64,000 bases of DNA from Schmidtea polychroa (Eukaryota): NCBI GenBank assembly GCA_044892525.1, contig CM097885.1, positions 52,640,001 through 52,704,000 on the forward strand. Reading direction: 5' to 3'. Under the pieces are notes generated by a model. It ran no database searches. It saw only the letters and a program-made list of their open reading frames with translations, and was not told the DNA's origin. Shown one piece after another: positions 1 to 15,044 of this stretch. The position numbers and the translations under genes are program-made. Within the stretch, counting starts at the first letter, position 1, and each line of letters starts with the position of its first letter.

Positions 1-1441
1 TCATCTTGCGATAAATCCCCTTTTCGTCAAAATTCCTGTCAATTTTCATCTTAACTGATAGAACCCAAGAGCTAATACATTCACTCTGATGTTATGCAGT
101 AGTATAGGAAGTATATATGGAAGATCACTGAACGCTTTTATTTACTAAAAATATATTTGGAGGAGTACGTTATGGTTTTTATCAAAAGCGCCTTAACTCT
201 TTCTGAAATCCCCAATAGCCGTAATCTGAAGTCCATTCAGTAAAAGACCCTCTGGCCTCATAACACAGTAAACATACAAGGAGAATTTACAAAAGTATTT
301 AATTGAAAAGATAAAATTTCGTAAAAAAAATCATTTATTTTCATTAAAAAATTATAATTCTGAGTTACCAGTAGTAGGAGCATAATAATCATTTCGGGAA
401 GTTACCCTTGATAGATGTCGCCAAGATGAGGAAGGACTTGAGCGAGTTGATAAAATCTCCACCGGACAGGATATTCTGATGTAAAGCGAGAGAGGCAGTA
501 TAATAAAAAATTTTTTCAAATTTTCGTGTTTGCTGAGAACTAAACAGTAGATTCGTATCGGAGCTGAATGATTAAATTCCAAAAATCGATGTAATCCAAG
601 TTCGGCAGCATAGATAAAATATGAACATGTACAGTGAGAAGGTATAGTCTGTCTGTAAGTATGCAGTGAATGAGATTGAGCAATCACCTGCAGGTAGAAT
701 CACATGTACAATAGCGAACAATTGCATATGGCTTAGTCGATGTGATACTCATGCTGCCGGTACGGTAGTAGTGAATTCACAATTTAATCATAGATAATGA
801 GAAAGTCGAATCCCATTGCACACACATGGTGAACACCAACTTTTCTGAGAGATCTGAACACTAAGCCAGTTGACGAGGAGGCATGCAACAGATGGTTTGC
901 ATCATACGTGTCATACAACTAGAATAGAAATTAGACTAGTCTAACTTATCGGCAGTGTGATTGATCAAACAGAGCAAAGTCCATTTGACTGTAAAGTTTT
1001 TTGTAATCGCACGCATTTACAATTAACTCAAATTAGAATATTATAATCACGAATAAACTCAAATCTTTTAATTAATTTATTATCCCGATGTATTGCACCT
1101 GTCTGAATTATTTTGCTGATAGTAAAGTCGAATCTGGTCACGCTCATGTATTGACAAGTTTTCTTAATCCGCAATAAAATTATCATGTTGGGCAAAAGGG
1201 GGGGGGGAGAATTAATTTGTTAACCCGTAAACCTATAATCACTTTACGGATGTAATATCGATCAACAGGAAGTTTCGCTAACAGTCATTCCGTTTTCTTC
1301 TTGTCGGTCATTTCAACCCATGAGTGTAATGTAGGGAATTTATGAGCCTTAATAAATAATTACGCTACTCTGATGGATTAGTAGAGCTAGCCAATTTTCG
1401 TCTTATCTCTATTATTCTTTCTTCATTATAGCTATCAAAAG

Positions 1442-2185
1442 ATGTTGCCAAGCACGAAATCGCCCATCAAACCCTGCTTCTCCTGCTCGGACAAAAATAC
1501 CGTAATCCGAGAATTACAGGCCCAGATCGGTCGATATAAAAAGAAGATCGACGATCTGGAAGGTACATGGTTTAGCCCAGTACAAATGAAGGAAGTTCAA
1601 AAGAAATTGTACCGCAGTGAGCATTGTCGCGATGCTTTGATAAGCGAAAGTAGAGCTCAGCGTAGCCTAATCAAAGAGCAGTCCGAAGCTCTACATAAAG
1701 TTTACGTTCAAGCCGCTACAACCCGAAGGATTGTTAGTATTCCGATTAAAGAAGCGGACAATGTCTTCCCCGTCCACCATGAACCTTCATTTAGTTCGCC
1801 ACCCTTGTCGAAAAGATCTTGTCAGGAATGTGTGGAGGCCGACCTCTCCCCCAGGCCATCGGACGTACCTACTACCGGCACTGGCAAGGTATTGCATTCA
1901 GCCACGACGTCCTCGGCAATCTTGTCTGCCAACCCCTCAAAACCTAAGCGCCGCCAATTGTCCAGAGCGGAGCGTAAGAAGCGCCAACGTGAACGAGCAA
2001 TTGTCAAACAACGAGAACTATCTGCCAACCACCCAAGTGCTTCGAATGATCCACCCGTAACGATCGATCTGACCGTAGGAATCCCAGGGCGAATCATATC
2101 TGCCGCTGGTGTGACGTGGGAGGAGAATGCCTCCGAGTTTTTTGATCTAGATGAGCTATTGGCGGATGCGGGGTGGGAGAAGTGA
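1442..2185 (+). CDS. Unknown protein: CxxC, coiled coil, basic stretch, SIM-like VTIDLT; may be a terminal exon
   Basis: 247-aa ORF, more GC-rich than its flanks; AATAAA near 2317; possible splice acceptor just upstream. Confidence 0.45.
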   Translation: MLPSTKSPIKPCFSCSDKNTVIRELQAQIGRYKKKIDDLEGTWFSPVQMKEVQKKLYRSEHCRDALISESRAQRSLIKEQSEALHKVYVQAATTRRIVSIPIKEADNVFPVHHEPSFSSPPLSKRSCQECVEADLSPRPSDVPTTGTGKVLHSATTSSAILSANPSKPKRRQLSRAERKKRQRERAIVKQRELSANHPSASNDPPVTIDLTVGIPGRIISAAGVTWEENASEFFDLDELLADAGWEK

Positions 2186-2364
2186 TGGCCGCAACACAAT
2201 GCAACCGTGCAGGGTGCGAATGGACAAATATACTATCATGACTCTTTTTCTTCTTAATCTGTTCTCCACCAAGTGTACTTGTTATGTAGTGTATAATTAT
2301 CTAATGTATCATGATAATAAAATAAAGAAATATTTGGTTAAATTTTTGTTGTTGTTTAAATCTA

Positions 2365-2755
2365 ACTAGCTGTGATAAAGGTTCAGCGTAGTGTTCGCAA
2401 AGCGAGATTAAAGTTTGAGTTCGAGAGGCAGTGGTCAATTTTGTGCCGAATAATGGGTCAGGGTAGAGGGAGAATCTGATGAGGTAAACAGACGTAAGTC
2501 CTTCCATCGGCCGTCAGAAAAGGGAAGTCGAGGCCTCAGTAAGGAGTAGTCCTAAGGTAGGGGCTCACCTGCTTACTGGAGTCTCGCCGACATAGCACAT
2601 TTCCAACGTGAAGCAATTCGCGGGTGCTATGTTGGAGGGCAAGTTGTGCGGGGTCCTGCTTCGGGTTGACACGGGCGTATGTAGCGTAATGATATGGGCA
2701 CGCACCCCCTAGACAAGGACGTAGATTGAGCAGAGTCAACCAAGCACTACCCCAG

Positions 2756-2821
<66 letters not shown>
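2365..2821 (+). mobile_element. Possible 3' end of a non-LTR retrotransposon ending in an (ATT)n tract
   Basis: GC-rich ~390-bp island that ends abruptly in (ATT)n at 2757-2821; no diagnostic domain recognised. Confidence 0.3.
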
Positions 2822-3102
2822 GTTTTATTATTTTTAAATATGTTTTATATTATTAGAATATTAAAAAATTCAGTCATGCACGGTGCATGATCCGTACATG
2901 ATTAATAGTAATTGTAATGGTAATAATAATAATAAATTTAATTGTACTTTATTCTAAGACTGACCGGATTCGCAAGTAATTAGAATAAATATTTGTTTAA
3001 AATGTCAATTTTACAGGTTTATATAAACTTATTATTTATATAAGTTCGTAAAGTTGTCTCTGAAAAATCAAAAACCCTAAATGAACAATTCGATGAACAA
3101 TT

Positions 3103-3503
3103 CCAGTAATATTTTACGTGCTCTCTTAACGAACAGCAATGGTAATTTATTATTATTATTATTAATATTTCTAATTATTTATTTTCAGATAATTTAGATT
3201 GGTATGATGTGTCTGAAAATGAAGAACTGTTGGATTTGGAACATATTTTCGGTGAATTTTTTAAATTTGAGTTATTAATATTATTATTGTCTTAGAACCA
3301 ATAACAATTGAAGATGATGACGATGCTTCAATTATTATTATTGAGGACGATGTTTTAGGTAAATTTATTTATTTATTTATTAAATTATTTAATAAATTAT
3401 TATTGATACAGAAAATGATGCCACCGTTTCTATTGAGGAGGAAAGAGAAATTAATGCCCCCGTTTCTATTGGGGAGGAAACAGATTTGGAGGAGACTTGT
3501 TAG
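3103..3503 (+). CDS. Micro-exon acidic protein with SIM-like motifs, copy A (5' end unresolved)
   Basis: Phase-1 GT-AG introns 3142-3188, 3252-3295, 3359-3411 give the open frame ...NSNDNLDWYDVSENEELLDLEHIFEPITIEDDDDASIIIIEDDVLENDATVSIEEE...EETC*. Confidence 0.65.
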
Positions 3504-3670
3504 TATTAATTTATTTTTAAGTATATTTTTTATAAAATTTTTTTTTAAGTCTATTTTATAAGCTTTAAATGTATATAAATAAATATTAATACTATAATGT
3601 CAGTATATGATGTATATAAGTATGTATATAAAATATACAGTATATACATACTTATGCTAATTTTTTTTTC

Positions 3671-5424
<1,754 letters not shown>

Positions 5425-5555
5425 ATGCCCCATATAAATATCAATAAATACATGATAATAATATTGAATAAAAACATTGCAATAACTCTACAATAAAATT
5501 ACATTATGAATACACTTTTTATGATTAATATTTTTTCAATAATTTATAAATATAT

Positions 5556-8072
5556 TTGATATATATTTATAATTTATCAGGTCCATTATACCCACGATAC
5601 TGTGTATCGTCAATCGGACATAGTTTGATATGCCACAAAAATATGAAGAAATATTATCGCCAACCTTTTAATGGCATCAACTTTTTTATTTGCCCCTTAT
5701 GCAAAACTTTCCAGAGTGTAAGGTATAAGGAATTTTATAGTCAACATTCTCAGCACTTAAATTCTTTCAAAACAAATAAACAAGAACTGTTTAAAATAAT
5801 AAATAAGAATAACATTGAAATTGTAAATATTTTAAATAATAACACAAAAAAGAAATCTAATAAAAGACCTGCTGAACATAGGGTGTCTAAAATTAAAAAT
5901 AAAATTATAAAAACTGAAGTCATTGAGATCAGTGACGACGAAATTATTAAAAATGAAGTCATTCTACTCAGTGATGACGAATGTAATAATATTATATATA
6001 CTATAAATCATGATATTATAAATGATAATATTAATACTATAAATACTATAAATCAAATAGGTGGATCATCTTTAGCGATTGAGCCGATAATAGAATCAAA
6101 TTTAAATGGCGCCATTCGAACTATTCGATTTGATATTGCCGATTCACAATTAATTAAAATTATAATAACGGATAGGATCACTGAAAAGTTAACATCTGAA
6201 ATAAATAACATGGGTAGCGTCAAAATTCAATTCGCTATTCTTATAAGATTTGAAAAAGATGGGGAAATCCGTGACAACTACTTTTCAAATAAAGCCGAGA
6301 TCTTTTCGGATAACTTTTTAATTGAGGGGGTTAATAAGTTAAACGAAAAAATTGAAAAGTTTACCTATTTAGGTAGTGGCTGGAGAGTAATTAATATCTT
6401 AGAGATTGATTTCATTCTGACTAAATTTGCTCCTATTTGTCGCCTATCTGGTCATAGTTACATTCGTACACCTGCAGATTTGAAATCTAAAGGAGCAATT
6501 ATAAATGTTAAAAATAAGGATCATAAGTGTTTTCTATATAGTATTCTCGCGCTCTTGAAAAAAGATGAAATAGGTAGCCACCCTGAAAGAGTTTCAAAAT
6601 ATGAAAATCTTTTAAATATTCTTAATTACAATGAAGTCACGGATTGTCCGATGAAATTGTGTAATATACCTAAATTCGAAAAGAAAAATTTAGACTTAAA
6701 TCTCGCCATAAATGTTCTGGCTTATACCCCTACTGTGATAGTTGATGATGATCAGGTTCCTAATGACTATGTTTTTAAACACCCCCACTTAAGTATAATT
6801 CACAGATCAACGGTTACTGGCGGTTGATATAAATAATCTGTATGGTTGGGCTCTTAGCCAAAATCTTCCTTTTGCTGATTTCACTTGGGTGTATGATGGA
6901 TTGAATGATGTATTGCTTGAGTGCATGAATGCTGACATTGAAATCCTTCCCTATGGTTATACCATAGAAGTGGATATAGATATTCCAGAATTTTTTCATG
7001 ATTTTTTAAATGACTTTCCTCTTGTTCCTGAGAAAATGTGCCCGCCTGGTTCGAAAGTTGAGAAGTTGATGCTCACGCATTGGCCAAAGAAGAACCATGT
7101 TCTTCATTGGAGGCTTCTCAAGCTTTATTTGTCTCTTGGTACCAAAGTTGTAAACATCCATAGGGCTATAAAATTCAAGCAAGCACCGATTTTTAAAAAT
7201 TATATAAATAAAAATACACAGCTAAGAGCTGAAGCAAGCAGTGAACTGTACAGAGATTTATTCAAATTGTATAATAATAGCTTGTACGGTAAATCCGTTG
7301 AAAACTTAAGAAGAGATTAAATTTACGACTATGTAATTCCGCGGAAAAATTAATTACATATTCATCAAAACCATCATTTAGAAAAACCATCAAAATTGAT
7401 GATGATCTTTTTGGTGTACATCTCAATAAGGAGTCTATATGTTTGGATAGACCCAGCTACATCGGACAATCAGTGCTGGATTTATCCAAACTAAGGATGT
7501 ATCAATTACAGTACATAGAATTAGCAAAATATAGGAGTCAGTTTAACTGTGATATAAATATAGTTGCGGGTGATACCGATAGTTTCTTCTTAGAGGTCAA
7601 AAATGTAAAGCTTGACGTTCTTTTGCCAGCGATGATTTCGGATGACTTGTTAGACACCTCAAATTATGATCCCTCTCATCCTTTATATTCTAGGAGACTC
7701 GACTCAGTTATAGGAAAGTTTAAAGATGAGAGTAAGGGTGTAGGATATAGTGAGTGGGTTTTCTTGCGACCAAAGTGCTACAGTCTTTTAGGAAATAAAT
7801 CTACTATGAGAGCTAAGGGCGTAAAATTACCAGGTACAGATATAAAACATCAATCCTATTTAGACTGTTACAACAACAACACAGTTATTTCTGTACCTCA
7901 GACTAGAATAGGAACCCGAAATCATCAGCTTTTTACCTTTAAAAACTCAAAGATTGCTTTAACTAATCATGATGATAAAAGAGCTTGGGTAGAGAAAAAC
8001 TCTAGTTTTGCATATGGTCATTATTTAGGGGTTGATGTCATTGATAATGACGATAATGATATTCAATCATGA
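5556..8072 (+). pseudogene. polB: Protein-primed family B DNA polymerase of element A, with internal deletion and frameshift
   Basis: Motifs GSGW, NVKNKDHKCFLYS, DINNLYG, KLYNNSLYGKS, AGDTDS, KAKG-like; exonuclease block (~1.37 kb in copy C) deleted at ~6825; frameshift ~7315. Confidence 0.93.
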
Positions 8073-8473
8073 GCAGATCCCGATCTCATCAATCAACATC
8101 TACAAGATTAATTTAATTCTGTGATCGGACTTGTTTGAATTTTTGTAAAATAGAAATTATTGTAAAGTCTCTTTTTCGTTTTATAATTATCGGTTTTATT
8201 TCTTTGATTTTTTTTTTAATAATTTGATGTGTAAAAGTATTTTATTAGAATGTAGTTTGTTAATAAAAATAATAATAAAAATAATAATACTTACTATATT
8301 GTGCACAAACATTATATCTTCATATATAGAACCATTGGATAGAGCTCTTCAAGACCTTTTTAATGAACCATTATTCAATAAAATCTATCGAAGATAATCC
8401 TTAAAATTACCATTATTGATTTTAAATTATTTTCTTGTTTAATAAATGAGTTGTTTTAATGTATCTCTTATAA

Positions 8474-9031
8474 ATGTGTGCAGAATATAAGTATTTTCAT
8501 AAATTTATTAAGAAATTACTGATGACCACGAGATCATTCAAGTTTTTAAACTGCACCGTTGAAGATTTTATGAACAATTATGATACTCTCACTGAAAAGG
8601 AAACCATAAAAATTTTAGAAATTTTCAAACATTCCTCCATTGGATATTTGATTGATTTATTTAATTACAATAAATGCATTTTGAAGTTATCGATTTATTT
8701 GATGCATTTAGACAAAGCAATAGTAGATAATGATTCATTGAATGAATGCTTTTGGAATTGTATGGATTTAAGGCTGGAACCAGGATATAGTAGTAGATTG
8801 ATTTATGAATGGATATCGAAATCCGAATTGATTGAAAATAAGCTAAGGAAAAAACTCAATGATGGTAGGAAAATGTATTTAACTTGTTAAATTTGTAAAG
8901 AAAATCAAGTATCGGTTTTGTTTTTACCTTGCGGACATGTAATTGTATGTTCTAAATGCCATGATTCAAATGTTCGCAAATGTAAAGCATGTTCAATGTA
9001 TATTAATGAGTATCATACTATATACATTTAA
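8474..9031 (+). pseudogene. Protein with a C-terminal IAP-type RING finger; premature stop at 8888-8890
   Basis: Reading through the TAA gives TC*ICKENQVSVLFLPCGHVIVCSKCHDSNVRKCKACSMYINEYHTIYI*. Confidence 0.8.
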
Positions 9032-9239
9032 TAAACATTTATTTCTTTACCTTTGTTATTAATACTTTGAATATTGTAAATAATAAAACTATGTATCAAA
9101 TAATAATATTCAATACGGGCGGGCGAACGGCGGTTTTGTATGTCGATGATTTTAATTTTTATTAAATGCATTTGTTTGATTTCAGAATTCGATTTGTGTG
9201 ACTAACCTTGTTAAATTTGAGTTGATGTATTCGAGGGGA

Positions 9240-9367
9240 AAAAAAAATTGACCTTGACCTTAAAAAACTCGACCTTGACCTTAAAAAAATTTGACCTTGA
9301 CCTTAAAAAATTTGACCTTGACCTGTCCTGGATGTGACATGTCCTGGAGGTGACACATTCTACTACT
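9240..9367 (-). repeat. Polinton TIR end of element A
   Basis: Minus strand reads AGTAGTAGAATGTGTCACCTCCAGGAC ATGTCACATCCAGGAC followed by CAAGGTCA repeats. Confidence 0.8.
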
Positions 9368-9817
9368 TGTAGTGTATCTACTTCGTAGTCAACTTAGTTT
9401 CGTGATAAATATGTTTCAAATTGATCTATTTGTGGTTATAACGGGCTTTTTGGTTCGACTGTAGCTGCATTGCTTACATAACAATAGGGCTTATCGTAGT
9501 GAGCACAGTGTGGCCACGAAAGTAAGCAAAATTATTTTTGTTAAATTGACTATTTTTTACAAGTAAATAACATACCTAAACTTACATCTAAACTACATGA
9601 GATACACATCACTAGGATCTGTAAACGGAGGAAAATCCCCAGACTCAAAATCGCCACAATACACTTATCTCTGATTATAACCATTTGTCGAATAAAATGA
9701 TCTTCTTCTTGTAAAGATCTTTGGTTAAAATTACCAATTTCATTAATTCTAAAATATGTCTATTCTATAAAAACATTGATACTTTTTTTATCGAACAATA
9801 CTAATTACTTCATTTAT

Positions 9818-10135
9818 GAAGTATTGTTATTCTATTTAACAGTGTTCAATTAAAAAAATACCTAAAATCTTGATCTACCCTATACATACCTCTATTCATT
9901 CTAACTCAAATCACTTAATTCTATTACTTATAAAGTATTATTATTCTACTTAACAATGTTCATTTGAAAAATAAATACCTACAATCTTTATCTACCTTTA
10001 CATATGCTCCTATTCATTTTTATATTCAATATAGTCAGTTAATTTCATTATTTATAAGAAGTTATTATTCTAGTTAGTAGTTTTCTTTACACAAAATAAC
10101 ATCTAAAAATCTTGATCCACCCTTATATCTTAAAT
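9818..10135. repeat. Degenerate tandem repeat, ~120-bp unit, ~3 copies
   Basis: aagtatt(g/a)ttattcta...aatctt(g/t)atc(t/c)acc recurs at ~9818, ~9933, ~10059. Confidence 0.6.
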
Positions 10136-10499
10136 CAATGTTAAGAATACTAATTTAACATACATATCTGTATAATAAACTCATAAAACCATAATTTATA
10201 CAATTTTCCAAATTATTTATTCCAAATTTTTTAAAAGAAGAAATCAATATGAAATTGGTTGTACCGATCAAGCTAATTCCAACCCAATTTAAATTCTTTT
10301 CCTGCACGCTTTCAATGATAGATGTTAAAACTATTGACGATGTTTTCAAACGGTTTATTCAAATCTAGCATGTAATCAATATGCATGGTTCAACAACCGA
10401 TATGCAAGACTTTATGATGCCTTTGATGAAATCAGCTTCAAAGAAAACGAAAATTGGTATATAACAATTGCAATCCACAGATATAAAGTTGATAATAAT

Positions 10500-11346
10500 T
10501 GTTAGGTTATATGTTATTCGTATGTTATTGTTATTGCTAGGTTATACGTTATTCGTATGTTATAGTTATTGCTAGGTTATACGTTATTTGTTATTTAACA
10601 AGAAATTTGAAGAGCCCGAAAGAGTCACCGATAAAAAAATGTGTCGGGACAATCGGGGTGAGTGTTGTGTAATGTAAATCAAAATACAATAATAATAAAC
10701 AATAATATATTATAATCAAACTTTTATCTAAACTAAATAGAAAAACCTTGAGTCCGGAGGATGAGGACAATTTGAGGACAAAAATGAGGACAATTTGGTA
10801 ATAACAATAGGATAAGATGAAACTTCCCTTTTCAATTATAATGTTTTATTGAGATAATAATTTTGATAATCCTGAGGAAAACTCGAAGCAAATAATTCAG
10901 ATTTTCTAGTTTATTCGTTCCTTGCCAATGTAAAGGTTTAAAACCTCGTTTAACTTTTATTGCTGGAGGATACTCTGGTTTATTTGGGAATACTTTGATA
11001 ATGTAATATCTTTGCTTATTCCAATAAATATTTTATTATATCTTCTTTCTTTCTTTCTTTGGTTTAATAAATTTTTAATGGACTTTTAATATTCTAGTTT
11101 TGTTTCTAGTAGCTGCTTTCTTTCAATGGTAATTTAATTTTTAACTTTTTATTGATTTTTTTAAATTTATTATTTTTGTCATTTTCTATAGTGATAATTT
11201 ACTATGGTAAATTATCACTATATAGTTTGTTTTTTTATAAACATAAAATAAAAACCTTCGCCACGTACAACGTGAAGAATTGTTACTTACATTCATAACA
11301 TACGGTTAACAAAACCAAAAAAAATAAATAATTACAATACATTACA
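10500..11346 (-). repeat. Putative 3' LTR
   Basis: Begins TGTAAT next to the PPT and ends CCTAACA at the junction with the interrupted Polinton gene; internal 35-bp tandem repeat. Confidence 0.7.
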
Positions 11347-11522
11347 GAACTTCCCCCTTTAAAACCGGAGGTTAACATTTAAACAGCTTTACATATTTAC
11401 AGAGATAAGATAAAACATATGTTGTTGTGTTTTGTGATGATTTAGGTGTGTTTATGTTTTGTGTTTTACAACTAGCACATTATAAAAATTGTACAACTAA
11501 ATCTTGTGGGTGCATGTGTTGT

Positions 11523-14142
11523 CTATTTGAGGCAATCGCTATAACGCTTTTTGTATTCTGGTGTGATTGTTGTGTTATTGTCGAAAATTTTTGTTAAGTC
11601 TTTTTCGCTGAATCTGATGTGTTTCTGGTTTGTCTGTATTTCTGTTCGTTCTTGAGTTTTGTACTTTGGGTGGTTGTTTTGAGGGTTTAGGTTGTGGTGA
11701 TTGTTAAGAGTTGGTGTTTTGTTTTCGTGATATGGTTTTAATCTGCGTATGTTTATTTTGATTTGTTTATTGTCTTTTAAAATTGTGCCAACGTTTTTAT
11801 ACATATTTAACAGTTTGTATGGGCCTTCGTACTTTGTTTCAAATCCGCTAGTGAAGGGTTTCGTTACTAAAACCATGTCTATTATTAGTTCTGTTTGGTT
11901 TTGGGTTTTATTATTATTTTTGTTTTTTAGGATACTTTTTAGTATGGGTATTTGTGATTCTTTAGCGGTTGTTTTTATCTTGTTTTCGTTTTCGTCCTTT
12001 AGGTTTGGTAGGTTTGTATTGTGTCCAAAAACTGATTGGCTAGGGCTTTTGTTGTTTAGGCTTGAAGGGTTGTTTCGTAATCCTATTAGTATTCCTGGTA
12101 ATTTTTCTAACCAGTTGTTGTTATTATTTGTTTTTGTTCGGATTGCTTGTTTTAATGATCGGTGTAATCTCTCAACTTTTCCGTTTGATTGTGGATTGTA
12201 TGCTGTTGTTCTGGTTTTGTTGATGTTATATTTGTTGCAAAGTCCTTTGAAAATGTCGGATTCAAATTGTCTACCCTGATCGCTGATTATTGTCTTTGGG
12301 CAGCCATACCGGGCGAACCAGTTTAATTCTAGTTTACTGCATATTTTTGCTGCTGATATTTCCTTTATGGGAATGGCTTCGAACCAATTTGTTTTTCTGT
12401 CTATTATAGTTAATAATTACTTGTGTTTATTATTTGGAGGTAGAGGGCCGACTATGTCGATATGTATCGTTTCGAACGGTTCAGAACTTGGGAATTGTAC
12501 AATTGTTGTTTTGAATTGTTTTGTTGTCATTTTATTCTTTTGACACTGTGGGCAATTTTTTACGAACGTTTTTACGTCCCTTCTCATAAAAGGCCAAACG
12601 ACTTTGGTATGCAGCAGTTCGTATGTGGCTTTGTTTCCCGGGTGGTAGATGTTGTGATATTTTTGGAGGTATTGATCGCGCAGTTCTGCTGGTACTATAA
12701 TCCTTTTGTTATTGTCGTTTGAAGTGTCGTACCATATGCCGTCTATTTCTTCTAAATGGAGTGAATTCAACCTTGGAGTTTCGATTGTTGTTTCTTTTTG
12801 TTTAGTTTTTAACTTTTCTATCTCTATGATGGGTGTTATGTTAAGTGCATTTATGTCAGTTTCTATTCTTGATAATGCATCTGCACTTATGTTAGCTGAA
12901 CCTGCTATGTATTTTATTTTGCAATTAAATTGTGAAATATAGTTTAATTGTCTTATTTGTCTCGGTGAAGGATTTTTCATGTTCATTGCGTTTATTAAGG
13001 GTTTATGGTCGGTATACACCTCGAAATCTTTTCCTTCCAATAGGTATTGGAAATGTCTGATTGTATCATGTAACGCTAATAACTCCCTGTCAAAAGTGGA
13101 GTATCTCATTTGGTGAGTTTTGAGTTTCTTTGAGAAGAAAGCTATTGGTCTTTTTTCGTTATTTTCTTCTTGGAATATCGTTCCGCCCATTGCTACTCCC
13201 GAACAATCTGTGTTGACTATGTATGGTAATTCTTGGTTGGGATAGTTTAGGATGCTTGCATTTTTCAAATTTTCTTTTGCTTGTTCGAACGCTGTTATTA
13301 GTTTTTCGTTCCAATTTATTTTGATGTTTATCTTTGTTTTGTTCAGTTCGTTGAGAGGGGCTAGCATTTCACTACATCTTCGTATGTATTTGTGATAGAA
13401 ATTGATCATTCCAAGGAAACGTCTTAGCTCTTTTGTAGTTTTGGGTAGAGGGTAATTTTTGATTGCTTTTATTTTGTCGTCTAAAGGCCTTGTTCCATTT
13501 TCGTTTAACATGTGACCCAGAAATTTTATTTCTGTTTTCAAAAATTCGCATTTTTTTATGTTAATTTTTAACTCATGTTTGCTTAATATTTCGAACACGT
13601 TTTTAATATTTTGTATATGTTCTGTTTTGTTTGCTGATGCTATCAGGATGTCGTCAAGGTATGCGACTGTGTTCTGTTGATTTCGTAATATTTGGTCCAT
13701 GAAGCGTTGGAAAGTGGCTGCAGCATTTTTTAATCCAAAAGGCATTTTGTTATACTCGAAAAGTCCTATGGGTGGGATGATTGCTGTTTTCTTTATGTCT
13801 TCAGTTCTGACAGGAATTTGATGATAGGCTTTTTCTAAATCTATTTTGCTGAAAATTTTGGGTTCGTTAAATCTGTTGATGATATCGTTTATTATTGGGA
13901 TTGGGTATTTGTCGGCTGTTGTGATATTGTTTAATGCTCTGTAGTCTCCACAGGCTCGCCATTCACCGTTTGCCTTTTCTTTAAGCATGAGGGCTGATGA
14001 CCAGTTTGAGTTTGAATGTTTGACGATTTGGTTTTCTAGTAGTTCGTCGAATATTTTCTTAGTTATTTCGAGTTTATTTTTGTCTAACTGTCTGACTTTT
14101 GCATGGACTGGGTTTCCGTTGCTAATTATTATGTGTTCGGTT
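11523..14142 (-). pseudogene. pol: Gypsy pol (RT, RNase H, integrase) with an in-frame stop at 12417-12419
   Basis: MPFGLKNAAATFQR, YLDD, TDCSGVAMGG, DALSR, HHCC zinc finger, HIDIVGPLP, SDQGRQFES, GKVERLHR, YEGPY. Confidence 0.95.
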
Positions 14143-14589
14143 ATGATGTGTATTCTCCTATTTTGAAAATTATTTCTGCTAGGCTTTCAAAACTATTTTA
14201 ATATATTTAATAAATGTATATAATGTATTTTAATAAATGTATTTAATGTATTTAATCTTATTTATTAACATTAATGCAACAGTAATGCAAATTTAACAAA
14301 GACATTCTATAAACAAACTTACATTATAGTTTAAAAGTTTTAATAATAATGACTACAGAAAAAGGTTAACATGATTAATTAATTACGGAATTATTTATTA
14401 TTTAGAAATTGGAAAATTATATCTGCTAGAATTTCAAAACTATTTTAATAAATGTTTTATTGAATAAATGTATTTATTCATATTTGTTTTTCACTTTATT
14501 AACAAAGAAATTGCAACATTAATGCAAAAGACATGTAGAGTTTAACAAAGACAATCTATAAACAAACTTACATTATAGTTTTAGTGTTA

Positions 14590-14978
14590 ATAATGATTGT
14601 AGAAAAGGTTAATATTATTAATTAATTACCGAATTATTTATTATTTAGAATTTTCAATAAACTTTTTGTTGGAAAAATTAGCAGAAATAGCAGGTGTAAA
14701 AATGGAGGATATATTATCAGTTACAAATGCATAAAATATAGGCTGGGTAGTTTAGAGTGAAGATTCAGGATTTGATGAAACTCATCAAGAAGTCACCCAA
14801 GAAATTGATGAGGAAATCTATGAACCTATAGATGAACCTAAAGAACAATTTACAGAAAATATTATGAAGCTCAATGATAACGAACCACATGTATGTATTG
14901 ATTTTACGTACAGTATAGATCATGTCGTTGAAAATGTTATGAAATGTGGAGATGATGATTATGAATATGTTAATTAAT
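14590..14978 (+). pseudogene. Paralog of the small spliced acidic gene at 21042-21376
   Basis: Same exon1/intron/exon2 layout (gaaaag-gttaat...atttag); KLAEIAGVKMEDILSVTNA...; in-frame stops; ~250-bp upstream tandem duplication. Confidence 0.7.
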
Positions 14979-15044
14979 AAATTCTAAAATTTATTTATTT
15001 ATTTATTTAAAATTTAATATTTGAGATAAAACAACATAACGGCA

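Larger units (their letters stand above)
10500..14142 (-). mobile_element. 5'-truncated Ty3/Gypsy LTR retrotransposon
   Basis: pol in RT-RNaseH-IN order; PPT AAAGGGGGAAG at ~11350-11360; putative 3' LTR 10500-11346 bounded by TG...CA. Confidence 0.92.
10190..14200 (+). pseudogene. Paralog of the 21510-21929 gene, split by the Gypsy insertion (parts 10190-10499 and 14143-14200)
   Basis: ...ENENWYITIAIHRYKVDNN at 10499 resumes as DVYSPILKIISARLSKLF* at 14145. Confidence 0.8.

Noticed and set aside
2470..2540. Possible hammerhead ribozyme (CTGATGA...GAAA)
   Set aside because: Stems II and III could not be paired around the core
8888..12419. Stop-codon reassignment suggested by in-frame TAA in the RING gene and Gypsy pol
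   Set aside because: TAA terminates many intact genes here; single nonsense mutations in decaying copies are simpler
11749..12942. Plus-strand ORFs over Gypsy pol, and similar antisense ORFs over the pPolB genes
   Set aside because: Shadows of real genes on the opposite strand
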